The translations under genes were made by a program, and so were the position numbers. The notes beneath the pieces are model-generated. The model was given only the letters and a program-made list of their open reading frames with translations. It searched no databases and was not told where the DNA came from. This document shows, in pieces, positions 1 through 11,995 of a stretch of 64,000 nt of DNA (position 1 is the first letter of the stretch; every line of letters begins with the position of its first letter). The stretch is from Yuukianura sp. NJ FZ-2021 (lineage: Eukaryota). The stretch is from positions 558,001 to 622,000 of the forward strand of contig CM102289.1 of assembly GCA_046563655.1 (NCBI GenBank), written 5' to 3'.

Positions 1-32
1 AAGTAATTAATTTATGATTAAAATAGGACATA

Positions 33-448
33 TTAAATCTTTTGTAATATAAATAAGGTATAAATACATGTTAAGTTAATTTCAACTGTTGATAGTGTAA
101 CGACATCACAAAAAAGCAATGCAGGCACTAGGAATCGAACCACCATGACTTTAATACAATGTGAAAGCATAAACCATTTAGCCAAGTCCATTTGGCTAGT
201 TGCAAGTTTTAAATAATTGTGTTTTAGGGTACTTACTGTGTTGATCGTTGGTGAGGAGCGTTCCATAGTCCTTCAATGTATGCCTTCAAGGGACAACCTT
301 TCAACTAAAAACAGTTAAATTTAATTAATGGAAATAAATAAGTTTTCAAGTGGTGTAAAAGTTAATTTCAGTTTTTAATAAAATATATAAATATTTTGGT
401 ATAAAAATATTTCGGCCTTACGGCGTCAGTAGGAGCATCGTCGGCCAT
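33..448 (-). CDS. Possible small spliced gene of unknown function (MADDAPTDA|LKGCPLKAYIEGLWNAPHQRST|HQMDLAKWF...); 3' end uncertain
   Basis: ATG at 448 with a gtaagg donor at 421; ag/gtaagt-bounded exon 304-237; phase-compatible continuation into the 33..266 ORF frame. No recognisable homology. Confidence 0.3.
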
Positions 449-1316
449 GGCGAATTCAAACTTTTTTTTTCAATTTCCCCGCTCTAACTTAGAAAGTTAA
501 ACTTATTGCAGGTCGCGGAGATTTAACACCTTTTGTAGTTAATTAGTTAATCACTTGACTTAATTAATCGATTGAGTGATGCAGGTCTTGGTTTGTGCGG
601 CTAACCTTTATGTATTGCATCTGCAACTTAAGCTAGCAGTTCCCAAAAGTCCGGAAGTAACTGCACAATTTCAAATCAAACCAAAAGCCCCAATTAATTT
701 TAAATTTAACACTCCAACTTCACATGGGAATTATGGCGGCCATTAAAGTTAAACTTAACTGTGCTAAATTTAAATTCATACATAGGAGATTTAACTTTGA
801 CGAGGAAGTCAATGCCAGTTTCATAAAATTAATTCCATATAACAACCAGATTTTCAGACGAAACCATAACAAATATTTTTTTGTACTATTCAATTTTACA
901 TTGAATAAAATGAAAAAATTAAGCATGAAAACACATATTGCCGTTGCTAGTAAACTACGTTTTTCTAAAAACTAAAAATTCCTTGAAAGTAAGAACAAAA
1001 CGAAACATGTTAAAACAAAGCACTCGAAAACCGGAGTATGAAAGTAGCGGAAGATGCTGATGGGATCTCAGCAGACAGACAGACAATGTCCTTGGATAAA
1101 ATGGCTTTTGCTACTTTTAGTAATCCCATTGCTGAAAATAGGTTTGAAACACAATGGGTGAGGCCAATGCGTATTTTTAAATATTGCCTGAAGGTTTTAG
1201 GGTTATTCAAATGTTGGAAATTGAAAAGCCCGAGCAAAAGCCTTGGGAACTCTTCTCTCAGTTGCATTTTCTTTTGTGCGGATCCTGACGCTAATAAATC
1301 GCTGAATCGCTGAACA

Positions 1317-2776
1317 ATGGACAACAAGGGGAATTTGGAATTCAACCCGAAAGGATCCAAGTCATTGCAAATTACGGGAGACGTGGTTTGCCCTTCCGCA
1401 ACCTGGGGCATTTGTGTCAACCATCGAACACGGCGGCTCACACTTGTATTGGGCACAACGCGAGGGACTCCAAGTATAAAAATACTTCTTCATATTGACT
1501 AATCTATTTAATTTCCCTTCACATCAAATTACTTTTCCAACTCACAACTTTTACAAATGTCTGTATTGTATTTAATCCTAGGGTTGTTCAAGTTCCGTTC
1601 CGTTCCGATTCCACGATGTCACGGAAACGGCAGGGGAACCGAGGCTTGAAAATGAAGCGGAATTAGTTTAAGAATTGGGAAACGGAAATGAAACGGAACT
1701 GAAACCAAAAAAATATGCATTAGTAGTTGAGCAAAATAGGTTCGAGAGTTGGAGGTATCTTATTTTTTATTCTTCTATTGTCCGAGGTAAGCGAGTAATA
1801 ACCACCATGAGCACATAAGCACGATATTTCAATATTATTCTGCATTTTGATCCATTTTCTATGAGAAATTTCCATGGAACAAGGAAAATCTGAAAATTTG
1901 AGGAACTTTTCGTTTCCAGTTCCGTGTAGAGGCGGAAACGGTTTCCACTGCCATGAAACTGAAAACGAAAACGGAAATTTTATTTCGTTTAAAAAAAAAT
2001 GAGGAAGCGGCATCGGAACTGGTTTCGTTTCCTTCCTGACACCGGAACTTGAACATCCCTATTTAATCTAAACTATTGTACAAACCTGTACCTAATTTTA
2101 AATATCTCTGTTTGCAGTTTACTAGACCATTCAATAGTCAATAGGTCTTTCGCTATTTATACCCGATTTACAATAGTTTATTTTAGTTTAAACTATTTTG
2201 ATTTGGACAGACTTGGACTTAGCTCCCATAGAATTCAGCATGACTGCGGGAAACACAATACGTTTCATCGGCGAAAACAGGATTAAAATTGGTACAACGC
2301 AACAAGGCGAGTATTTGGCAATGGAACTAACAATGCTCACCAGTAAGTGTCGCCTTATGAAAAAATATTTACAACTTTTCCTGCAATCAACTTGCTCAAT
2401 TAACCAAGTACTGAACAATTTAGGAGATTATCACACACTCATGGAAGTCATCTATGATTACATATTGTGGCACTACTACATCAGCGACTTTGTAAGTACT
2501 AACATATTTCACATATCGAGATTTGCCTAAAACACTAAAAACACAAAAGTCGTAAGCAAGCTTCGTACTTTACTACTTTGAATTTTTTTCTCCAAAAATT
2601 TCGCAAATCAATATATTTTAATTTACTCCCAACAAAAAGTGGTAAACTTTCTAGTTTGTACCAATGTTTTAAGCTCATTTTATTATAATTTGCATTCGAT
2701 AAGATTCCAAATAATCAGTATTTAATTCTTTAATTCTGTACACAAGGTGTTTGCAACCGCATACCGTGGACTGTAA
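1317..2776 (+). CDS. Orphan family 'YRGL' copy 1 (~130 aa, 4 exons: 1317-1473, 2211-2342, ~2424-2491, 2747-2776)
   Basis: Exon peptides LQITGDVVCPSATW / LDLAPIEFSMTAGNTIRF / DYHTLMEVIYDY / VFATAYRGL* align with three paralogs at 22-26.5 kb that share the same intron positions and phases. Confidence 0.7.
1579..2061. mobile_element. hAT-like MITE in intron 1 of YRGL copy 1
   Basis: TIRs tagggttgttcaagttccg / cggaacttgaacatcccta; 8-bp TSD tttaatcc/tttaatct (1 mismatch); internal ttccgt/acggaa subterminal repeats. Confidence 0.8.
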
Positions 2777-3226
2777 AATTTGGCGGAATCCAGCACGCTG
2801 TAGCCGACGCAATCGAAGTACAAGTTTTACATGACGTAATTTTAGATTTTGGTTTTAGTATTTTCAATCAGTTAAATAATGGTAAAAAGTTGAAAGTCTG
2901 TTAAAAGTTAACTAAAAGTCAAATGGAAAATTTTGTGCGTATAATAAGTTCTAGTTTTAGAAAAAAGCTAGTGTTGAGACAGACTGAAAGTTTGAGAAGG
3001 TTCCATGCCATTGGTCCGAATGAATTGCTGCGAATGATTTGTTGCGAATCCAATTTCGACGAATGGCATATTGTTACGGATAGTAAATTCTCCGAAGGTA
3101 ATTTTGTATGCTAAACAACCCAACTAAAACCAGTCTAAGCTTATGATTGTTAGCCTAAGGAATCCTAAACTTCCGGTTTTCAACCAAACATACTTCGTTT
3201 ATAAACATCAATGTACATTAGTATTA

Positions 3227-3315
3227 TTTCGGAGCATTGTGTCTTTCGGAGCAATGCGCCTTTCGAAGCAATTAGTTTCGTAGCAATTCACTTCGGAGCA
3301 TTTTGTTGGGAGCAT
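3227..3315. repeat. Short degenerate tandem repeat (core ttcggagca, ~16-17 bp period)
   Basis: About six ttcg(g/a/t)agca-like units are visible in tandem. Confidence 0.55.
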
Positions 3316-3716
3316 GCTACTGTTTGAGAACGTGTACTACTTGGTTAGAAGAATAAAATATCTTGCATGTTTAAGTCTTTAATAAATTGCAATGCTTAGC
3401 ACTGTCGACACTGTTTAGCACTTGGTAACAAAACAACTTTTGGCACTTAACTATAACTTGAAAGTGAAGGAAACCTTGACATTGCTTTTATTGAACATTA
3501 ATCCGACTAAAGTTTAATGATACAGGCTTAACTAAGCATAAAAAGATTGCGGCTTTAAGATTTTTGCTCCAGCTGTGGTTGCGAGCTCAAACATTGTTTC
3601 ACATTGGAGCAGAACCAACTTCAGACTAGAATTTGTGAATAAATTTGTTTTATTTCAAAATTCTACCAAAAATTCTTATTAATTAAAAAGTGGATATTCT
3701 TCAAACTGGTTTTGTA

Positions 3717-5174
3717 ATGGCCGAGTCTCAACCTGAGGAACCCAGGGCATACGCCGTATTTCTGTTTGGTTGGAAACTGTTTCCTTTACATGGTTAGTTT
3801 TGTACAATTTATTTTATGTTTTAAATAATATACATGTAATTCATTTAACTCCGTTTTACTTCAAGGTTTTGTATACTTTGATTTTCCTTAACAGGTTGAG
3901 TAATACCTCATGTTGTTTCTTTGGAATTTTCAAAAAAGTGTCCTTACAATTCCACACATGGTAGTCATAATAATACAGCCAGATTTTTTAAATTTTACAC
4001 ACGAAGTGGTACCAATTTTTGTTTTCTGCATTTTTTTTGTGAACAATCAAGGTAGCACTCAACCTGCTAAAGGAAGCCAACTGTTAGTTGTCAAGGAACC
4101 TTGGTTTTACTTTTTTTTTGAAATAAGTAACTATTACTGCTTTACATGTTGACAGAGTTATCAGGCACCTTGGCTCCTAGACACGTACCAAGGAAGTTTG
4201 TGCACATTGGCGTTGGAGTTTACAACAAAATTTACGAGTTCAATCAAGGCGGATGGCATTGCAATCCCAATATGGTTAGTTCTTCATTGTCAAATAATCT
4301 AAATGTCATAAATAGTTTTAAATATTTAAATTAGTAATATATAAAATAACAAATCTATAAAGTAGTAAGTTCAAAAATATATTTGATCAAACAAATCGAT
4401 AAGTTTTTAGCCCTTATTTAACTGAATATTTGTAGTTAATTTTTGTAAATAATATTTCTAGCCTTAAAAATTTGAAATTTTTTCAAAGTCTAATGAAAAC
4501 GAAAACGTCAAATACTTTTTGACAACAAAAAAAAACAAATCGACTTTGAGAGATGGCTATTTGAAGAAAATCAACAGGAACGATTTAAGTAAGTTGATTT
4601 ATTTTATACTAAATTTTAGACACTAAAACGAGAAACTTAATTAAAAATTTAAACAAAAAATAATAAAAGTGTTGTTTAAATTTAGAGCAAATTCCTACTA
4701 CCTACAAACCAACGACTGCCTGTGTTTCGCTGCAGCAGTTTGTGACTTTCTTGGCGTTCCATTTGAAGGTGAACATGAAAAGCTAAAGGAATGGTTGACT
4801 CGAAGGTATATTTAAAACAATTTAAATTTAAAAATTTAACTAATTTAAAACAAGTTAACCTTAGCATAATGTTAACCGAACATTATGTTTATATCAGTTT
4901 GAAGTTAATAAAAAAAAATTATTTTAGCGCAATGGTAACAAATGACTACGAAAGACTGCAAAACAATCCCCTTTGGGCAAGATTTCTCGGATCATCGTTC
5001 ATTTGTACACAAGCTTCAGGAAATATACCTCCAGTTCCAGTTTATGAAACAATCAAGAATGAAGTTAATGTGGGAAATGTCATGGAGACACAGTACAGAA
5101 TATCCTGTAGTGAAGCCAGGTACAGAGTTCAAGATGGTTCTGTCGATCTTAACGATGAAGAAAAGAAAAATTAA
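3717..5174 (+). pseudogene. PPPDE/DeSI-like (C97) peptidase, copy 1, probably pseudogene
   Basis: Five exons paralogous to 15126-18660; HIGVGVYNKIYEF and YYLQTNDCLCFAAAVCDFLGV motifs; exon 3 begins CCT TAA (GAA in the paralog) and has a poly-A frameshift near 4530. Confidence 0.7.
3862..4103. mobile_element. CAAGG...CCTTG MITE with 9-bp TSD (Mutator-like TSD length), intron 1 of PPPDE copy 1
   Basis: Termini caaggtt/aaccttg; perfect TSD gttttactt at 3853-3861 and 4104-4112; absent from the paralogous intron at 15202-15290. Confidence 0.85.
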
Positions 5175-5249
5175 AAATGCAGAATTTTTATTGAGTTTAG
5201 CACAAAACTGAACTTAATTTTCAAAATTTGCAAACACAAATAACAGACG

Positions 5250-5396
5250 TTACGACGTAGAACTTTGCAATTTTTCAATTTCCAGCTTCAACTTTTCCAT
5301 AACTTGTGGTACTGAAATTCGTTGTTTGCGATTGTGTTTTAATGTTTTCTTCAAAATTCGGCAAATTTCTGGATATTTGTTCTCGTCTAATAGTTC
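5250..5396 (-). pseudogene. Orphan last exon of a kinase paralog (the rest is deleted; an exon-4 remnant lies near 5720-5755)
   Basis: Clear nucleotide similarity to the terminal kinase exon at 18713-18860 (DENKYPEIC...ISVPQ...KLEI); same tail-to-tail position relative to PPPDE. Confidence 0.75.
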
Positions 5397-5443
5397 TGTA
5401 ATTTGGGATAAAATGAAATAAAAACTAAACTAATAATGAATTT

Positions 5444-5665
5444 TGCAATTACTTCAACTGCTCAATTACATCAACGCCAAACACGTCAATTGGACAGTTA
5501 AATGAGCCGTACAATTACATTAACGTCACACACATACATAGTAATTACTTCAACTGCTCAATCACATCAACACTAAAGATATCTATTACAATTGGATTCA
5601 TTGCACAGTTACATCAGCCGTGCAATTACATCAACGTCAAAAACATCCATTGTAATTACGTCAGC
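5444..5665. repeat. Degenerate minisatellite (~19-21 bp, caattacatcaacg core)
   Basis: Repeated aattac(a/t)tcaac units. Confidence 0.6.
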
Positions 5666-6054
5666 TTGAGATTTATGTTTAAAAATTTACTAAAGTAAAT
5701 TAAAGCAATGCATCATTTGAAGCGTAGTTTTTTTTTACCCGCTGGGACAATTTTTGGGAGACACAACTAATTAATTCAGCCTCTTAATTATAACATAATT
5801 AAGTACGCGGAAACTTTGTTATATAAATTGTACAGCAAATTCTCGAATGACTTTTTTTTTGCAAATCAAACCACTAACGTTACAGCTTTACCTAACTACT
5901 TTTTTAGACTGAATTAAACAACGAACTAAACCAAATTAATTAGTGAAATATATGTATTAGGAATTTGTGGTGTATATTTTATTTAAATTATTTGCAACTA
6001 TTTTTTAACTATATAATATTAATGGTATAACAATGGTATAACTACGTAACTTAA

Positions 6055-9000
6055 CTATTGCCTTACTCCACGCTGCGTTAACTCAATTGAATTTGATCTG
6101 CGTATTCTTCTAGAAGTAAATTTAGTTGTCATCCATGTTCCAACTTCTCGCAGTAGAAGTTTCAATTCTGTGCGAAACTTGTTGCCGAGGAGGCAGTAGA
6201 GGATGAAATTGACGGCAGAATTGACAATTATGGGGAGACAGACAATTGTGGCTGCCACTTCAGGCTCCACTCCCTTCAGAATAAAGTTGAGTTCCAGTGC
6301 AGCAGCCAAGGAGTTAAGAAGGATGAACACAAACACAACTGAAAGCAACATTCTAGTCAGAGAAGAGTCATGCGCAGTATCATGTGTGGTTGCCATAAGG
6401 CGCTGCGCTCTTGTTGCTTTGGTTACCTATTTAACACAAAAGAACTCATAATACTTTCCTTAACATTTTGTTTTGTATTACAACAGTTATTTTAAATTTA
6501 CCGCTCGAATGATAAGTATGTTGATTGTGACGATGGTAACAAATGGAACCAAGTAGATGAATAAATACCAGAGCAGTTGCTGGTAAATGATTTGGTACAG
6601 TGGAAATCTGTGCAATTGACGCGGGAAGGTTCTGCTCCACTCGGGGGAAGATGCTTCGTAGTTCCATTTCACAAATTCAAACCACCGCGGTAGGTTTAAA
6701 AATGTTGCAAATCCAAATACCAGCAGTGTATAACGCCGTGCTTTTTGTATTGTAAAAATTGACGACACTTGCAGTGGCTTCGAAACTGCAACAAAGCGTT
6801 CCACCGTGACCAGGACAGTCATATACACCGACGCTGTGTACACTACAAGCAGATAACAAAAAACTACAAGTAGAAAAAACAAATGTTATAACTATAAGAT
6901 ATTAACTCATATGAACAATAACAATATATGAATATTTCAACCTTGTCATAAAAATTCGGCCAAAAATTAAATTCAATGTTTACTTGTTTTGTTGGTGGGG
7001 TATGCCACGTATCCATTCAAATTTGAGCGCCGGAATTTTTCCCGAAACAAATTAGCGAATTCCTCCGACGTGACAAAGGTCGTAATCATGTACATGGAGT
7101 CGCAACATGTGAGTCCAAAAAGAAGTGTGCTTGTTGAGCTACGCATTGTGTTGCGCGTGAGCACGACAAAGCTCAAGCAGTTGCAAAGAAGTCCAATACC
7201 ACAAATGCTGTAAATAAAGGTCATGTAGGTGTTGTAAATTTGTGACAACAGCCTTGAAGTTATTTCCTCTTCCGAGAATCCATGTAATTTTAAGTAACTT
7301 CCAATTCTATACTCTCTTTTGAGCCAATCTGAAGGAAAATTGCCTCCAAACCGGTGACCGTATTCCCCGTTCAAAGTAAACCATAGTAAACCTGCTCCTT
7401 GCAAAGTGTCATCGGGAAATGTTGCATTTAAAATGGTTTTTATGACAGTTTTAACTTGAGCCTTGGCCATTTCTCCAGGATCATACACAGGCTTTCTGAT
7501 AAAGATCAACTTGGCTCGTTGTTTTGCAAATTCCAGAAGCACCCTTTGAGACAATACATCCTCCATATCCATAGTAACTTGATGTAGATAAGGAAAGGTA
7601 GCGTCCATGCTGTCTAAAATTATGCCGTCAATTGTACACCCCATGAATGACAGAATTCTCACATTTGACAACGGCCGAACTGGTAACCTTTTGACTCTAA
7701 CTTTCACAAACTGTAAAGTTAGCACTTGCAACCACTGCCCTGGGAATGACCCCAAAACAACTTCAGGACACTCTTCGTCCAAATACTGACAGTTGATGAC
7801 CAAATCTTTCAATTCATGGCTTTCCAAAATATCATCTAATTTAGTATTCCACAAATACGAATTCTGTTTGTGAAGAGATGTAAATTCTTTGGTTAAATTG
7901 AAAAGGCTAAGGTCAATGTCACCAAAGGTCACGCTAATCAAGCGTAGTTTTGTGAATTGTTGTCGCAATTGGGGAGGAGCCGAGTTGTAGCGGAAACTCA
8001 ACGACTCAGTTCTAATTTCGACGAGTGATTTGGCGGGAAGAAGTGCAACGTCAATTGCTTCGTGAAATTTGCCACGAATCCATAGGATTTCAAGGACAAC
8101 GGCAGACTTTAAAAGTTGTGATATGGTACCGCCGATGATGTTATTGTAGTACAAGTGCAACTCTTTGATAATGGTCAGGTTCAATGACCTCAGATCGATT
8201 GTGCAGTACCTTGCCCAGAATATTTTAACCTTTGTGATCATGCTGTAAAACAGTTTCCAATTGACGTCATCTGTAATGTACTCTACTTCCAACTTTGAGT
8301 TGGTTATTCCGAAGGATCCGTCTTGTTCAGCGAAGCAATAAATTTTAAAGGTCAAGGTCTGAAGAACTGAATGTACTCCGCTTCCTGCGGTTGCTTTTGT
8401 ATGAAAGAAGATGACCGACTCTAACGCCGCGCTGACAACCCAAACATGGCTCGTATTATCAATTTGATTAAATTCAAAAGTTTTTAAATTGGGGAGGTAA
8501 ATCTTTTCAAAATTCGTTTCAATTTCATACTCCCACTCTACATTCCACAAATTCAAAGTTGTCAATTTGGAACAATTGGTTAAAAAATTTACGAGCGTGA
8601 ATCTCCTCACGCGCACAAATTTCAATTCCACTTCTGTTAGGGCACAATGTCCATCGACTGTTAACCTCTCTGAGGCCCCTTGGCTACGCAAATTTAAATG
8701 CCCGCCTGACACCTTTTCATCAGATTGTCCATGGTTGCCTGTTATGTCCATACCTAACATAACTCCCCTCCTACGAGAAGTGGCGAGGGTGGCCTGCAGA
8801 ACCTACCCTCGGGGCTGACACGAAGTCATCAAAGTGGTCCCGCCAGAATGTCTCAACGGGGCCAAAACGCGTTTTTAAATTTTGAAAACAATAGGCGTAA
8901 TAATTAAAAATAACTCATTTAATTAAATTTTTTGACCCCGTTTTAAACAGTTTGAATTAAGCTCTCCTAAAATTAGGCATATTTGACTTTATTGTGACCT

Positions 9001-9321
9001 ATTGCTTTATGGAGCAAAAGTCAAATTTGATGTAAAATCATCAAAGTGGTATCAGAAAAGTTAACATTTTCTCAACTCCCTCGAAATTCTCCAGAAAAGT
9101 AGCGTTTCCTTCCATTATTAGCTTAGTTTTCTTCAAAAATATAAAAAACTATAGTTATACATGATATTCTATTTTAGTTTATAAATAATTAAACGTCCTA
9201 TATTTATTTATATAAATATTTAAAATCGCGCTATAAGTCATAATGTACTTACAGTTACATGACATTCGCCCTTCGCCTCTGAAGCTACCACAAATACCCA
9301 AAAAATAATCAAGAAATTCAT
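6055..9321 (-). CDS. Signal peptide + LRR-like ectodomain + FMRFamide-receptor-like rhodopsin GPCR, copy 1 (exon 2 interrupted by a TTAA insertion; may be a pseudogene)
   Basis: Exons 9321-9253 (MNFLIIFWVFVVASEAKG), 9130-6984, 6842-6502, 6427-6055; YTASVYMTVLVTVERFVAV (TM3), NSAVNFILY (TM7); LxxLxL-type repeats; paralog at 45149-48104. Confidence 0.75.
8665..9060. mobile_element. TTAA-specific (piggyBac-like) non-autonomous insertion in GPCR exon 2
   Basis: TTAA at 8661-8664 and 9061-9064; degenerate TIR cctctctgaggcccctt / aagtggtatcagaaaag. Removal restores FEGVEKM-LTVDGHCALTE, matching the paralog's FHGVEKI-STVDGQCALTE. Confidence 0.8.
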
Positions 9322-9740
9322 GGTTAAAACTCAAATTTATATTAATTTAAATTTCAAAGATTGACGAGAAATGTTGTTCGCCTAACGATTTTTTCTTTTC
9401 TGAACGTGAAACAAGGAATGAAGTACTAAATTTATCCTAACTCGTAGGATAAAAATTTGGGTGTAATTTATTATCTTTTCCTTTGCACAGACTAATGAAG
9501 TCTCTAATTTAATTTTAAGTTATTTTTTTTTGTAAATTAGAAACTATTTAGAATTAGAATAACGTGTGTTGAACCATTATTAATATCATTAGCAAATTTT
9601 CAAGCTAGTAAATTTTTCGCCCAGAATTTTTATTCATGTGAACGAAAACCACAAATCTTACAGTTCTTTCCTGAGTCAATTCTACGCACAACCACAACCG
9701 TACAGAAACATTCGATTAACATGGTAAAAACAAAAGTCTC

Positions 9741-10848
9741 GAAAGGGCAACGCAGTTCGCTTATGGGCGAGAGCAGACCCGTACGATTTGGCTGAAAATT
9801 TAACCAGTTGTTCTCGAGACCTATAGGAACAACTTTTGTACAGGGCTCAGACGGGGCATCAAACGGTTTGACCTCCAGAGGTCACCAAAGGTCAGCTGGT
9901 CATCCTATGACAACCCCCCTTAAATAAGATATCGTTGGAAAGGTCTTGACCTTGCGGTTCAGAAAATGTATGGGTATCCATACTTTGGTTCAGGCGTTTA
10001 GCCGTCAGAGGTCACTGAATGTCAACTATGAAAAAAGTTGCAAAGTACCAAAAAGCGAATATCGTTTCATGACAACCGACAAAATGACTTATACAAAAGT
10101 TGTTCCACTCAGAAAAATAAGCATCTTTTCCCTCTTGCATTTTTTTATACGGCGAACAGCTGATGAGATAACGACCCAGGCCAAAACTGACAAAAGTAGA
10201 TTCCAGATAGGACTTTCGCGACAGTAAAACGGAGTCTGATTCTTTCCTACAGTTTGGACTTAAACGTCAGCATACTGTTTTAAGAAGTTAGTTTCTTGAA
10301 CATTTTTCGTGTTCTGAAGGAATCTAGAGGGGTAGAAGCGTCGTTCTTACCCAATTTCCTTTGACCGTCCCGAAAGTCCTATCTGGAATCTACTTTTGTC
10401 AGTTTTGGCCTGGGTCGTTATCTCATCAGCTGTTTGCCGTATAAAAAAATGCAAGAGGGAAAAGATGCTTATTTTTCTGAGTGGAACAACTTTTGTATAA
10501 GTCATTTTGTCGGTTGTCATGAAACGATATTTGCTTTTTGGTACTTTGCAACTTTTTTCATAGTTGACATTCAGTGACCTCTGACGGCTAAACGCCTGAA
10601 CCAAAGTATGGATACCCATACATTCTCTGAACCGCAAGGTCAAGACCTTTCCAACGATACCTTACTTAAGGGGGGTTGTCATAGGATGACCAGTTGACCT
10701 TTGGTGACCTCTGGAGGTCAAACCGTTTGATGCCCCGTCTGAGCCCTGTACAAAAGTTGTTCCTATAGGTCTCGAGAACAACTGGTTAAATTTTCAGCCA
10801 AATCGTACGGGTCTGCTCTCGCCCATAAGCGAACTGCGTTGCCCTTTC
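9741..10848. mobile_element. Palindromic foldback/MITE element, family A copy 1 (~480-bp near-perfect arms, ~150-bp spacer)
   Basis: aaagggcaacgcagttcgc...gcgaactgcgttgcccttt; mirror ORFs 9946..10227 and 10347..10643; second copy at 58743-59693. No clear TSD. Confidence 0.85.
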
Positions 10849-11352
10849 CTTTCAACGAACGTGTTCATGCGAAGTGTTAAGATTATAAACATTTTTTTTA
10901 TTTTTAGTGTATAACCAGGTCAAAGGTCAATTCAAGGTCACTTACAGTGTTTGAACTTAGGTAAACCTATATTGTAGTTGAATTGTTTCAAAAATGTTAG
11001 AAGGGCTTGTGTTTTCCCAGAAGGGCGTTGCAAGTTGGACATTTGTGTTCAACGTCTTGACAACAACAAAGTGCCCAACATCCAAACCAGCAACAATCTT
11101 GTATCTAATATTCCTTTTTTAGCACCTAATAACTAATATGCGTTATTTATTTATTTATTTGCCACTGATACCCTGCATACAGGTAATTACATCGTGGATG
11201 CTTGTAGTAAAGTTAAGAAGTAGTGAGTACTGTAATGAATGAAGTATTGCGATATTCGTTAGTTTAAGTTAAGGTGTAAAATGTTTTATATACTTAAGGC
11301 TCGCGAATCCCCTTTAAACTAGGGGGTTAAAATGCGGCTGTAACTCATCAAA

Positions 11353-11634
11353 TGAAAAATGGTCTGGATCAGCGTAGGAAGGTCGTACAATCACCCACAA
11401 TATATCAAAATTTAGGAAAAGACTTGGCCTAGTATCCTGTTGAGAAAAAATTACAAAATTTTAGCCCTATCTATGTAAATATGGAGGTGGAATGTTGGGT
11501 GAATTTTTTTTCACTTTTAGAGCTAAAATTTTGTAATTTTTTCTCAACAGGATACTAGGTCAAGTCTTTTCCTAAAGTTTGATATATTGTGGGTCACTGT
11601 ACGACATTCCTGCGCTGACCCAGACCATTTTTCA
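11353..11634. mobile_element. Palindromic MITE (~115-bp arms)
   Basis: tgaaaaatggtctgg...ttacaaaattttagc inverted against gctaaaattttgtaa...ccagaccatttttca. Confidence 0.7.
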
Positions 11635-11849
11635 ATTTCAATGTCGCAGCCTCAGAAAAGTTGTTGACGAAACCCAGACGACGGCAACCGAACTTGTGTC
11701 AGTATTTTGTTTGTTTGAAAGTGCATACTTTTTTTGATCATCTTTGCACTGATCCTTTTTCACCACTCACGAGGGTGTCTCTTGTTGCCGATGTCTGCAA
11801 CTTTTACTAACTGCACCAGCTCGGTTATCGTCCCGATGTTTTATTTTAG

Positions 11850-11995
11850 GCCGAATTCATGTCTAGTGAACTCTCTCTCCTCAAAGTAGACATAGCGTGT
11901 GTAGATTGGTTCCTGTCGGTTGACCTGTGTCTAAATATTTGGACACGATGTGGGTCTCCTACTATTTTTCAGACTCCAGTAGACATGAATTCGGC
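11850..11995. mobile_element. Small MITE-like element (agtagaca-rich); related sequence at ~13405-13525
   Basis: Inverted ends gccgaattcatgtcta / tagacatgaattcggc. Confidence 0.5.

Noticed and set aside
1010..1456. 148-aa minus-strand ORF with similarity to ORFs near 21.8-22.3 kb
   Set aside because: The frame is not conserved among paralogs; splice sites and conserved peptides support the plus-strand YRGL gene.
8665..8760. N-terminus MLGMDITG... of the 595-aa ORF as the true GPCR start
   Set aside because: It derives from the TTAA insertion; the real signal-peptide exon and start of exon 2 lie at 9321-9065.
9946..10643. Mirror ORFs (also 59154..59489) as a possible transposase or gene family
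   Set aside because: They lie in palindrome arms, have non-ATG starts, show no transposase motifs, and one arm of copy 2 is deleted.
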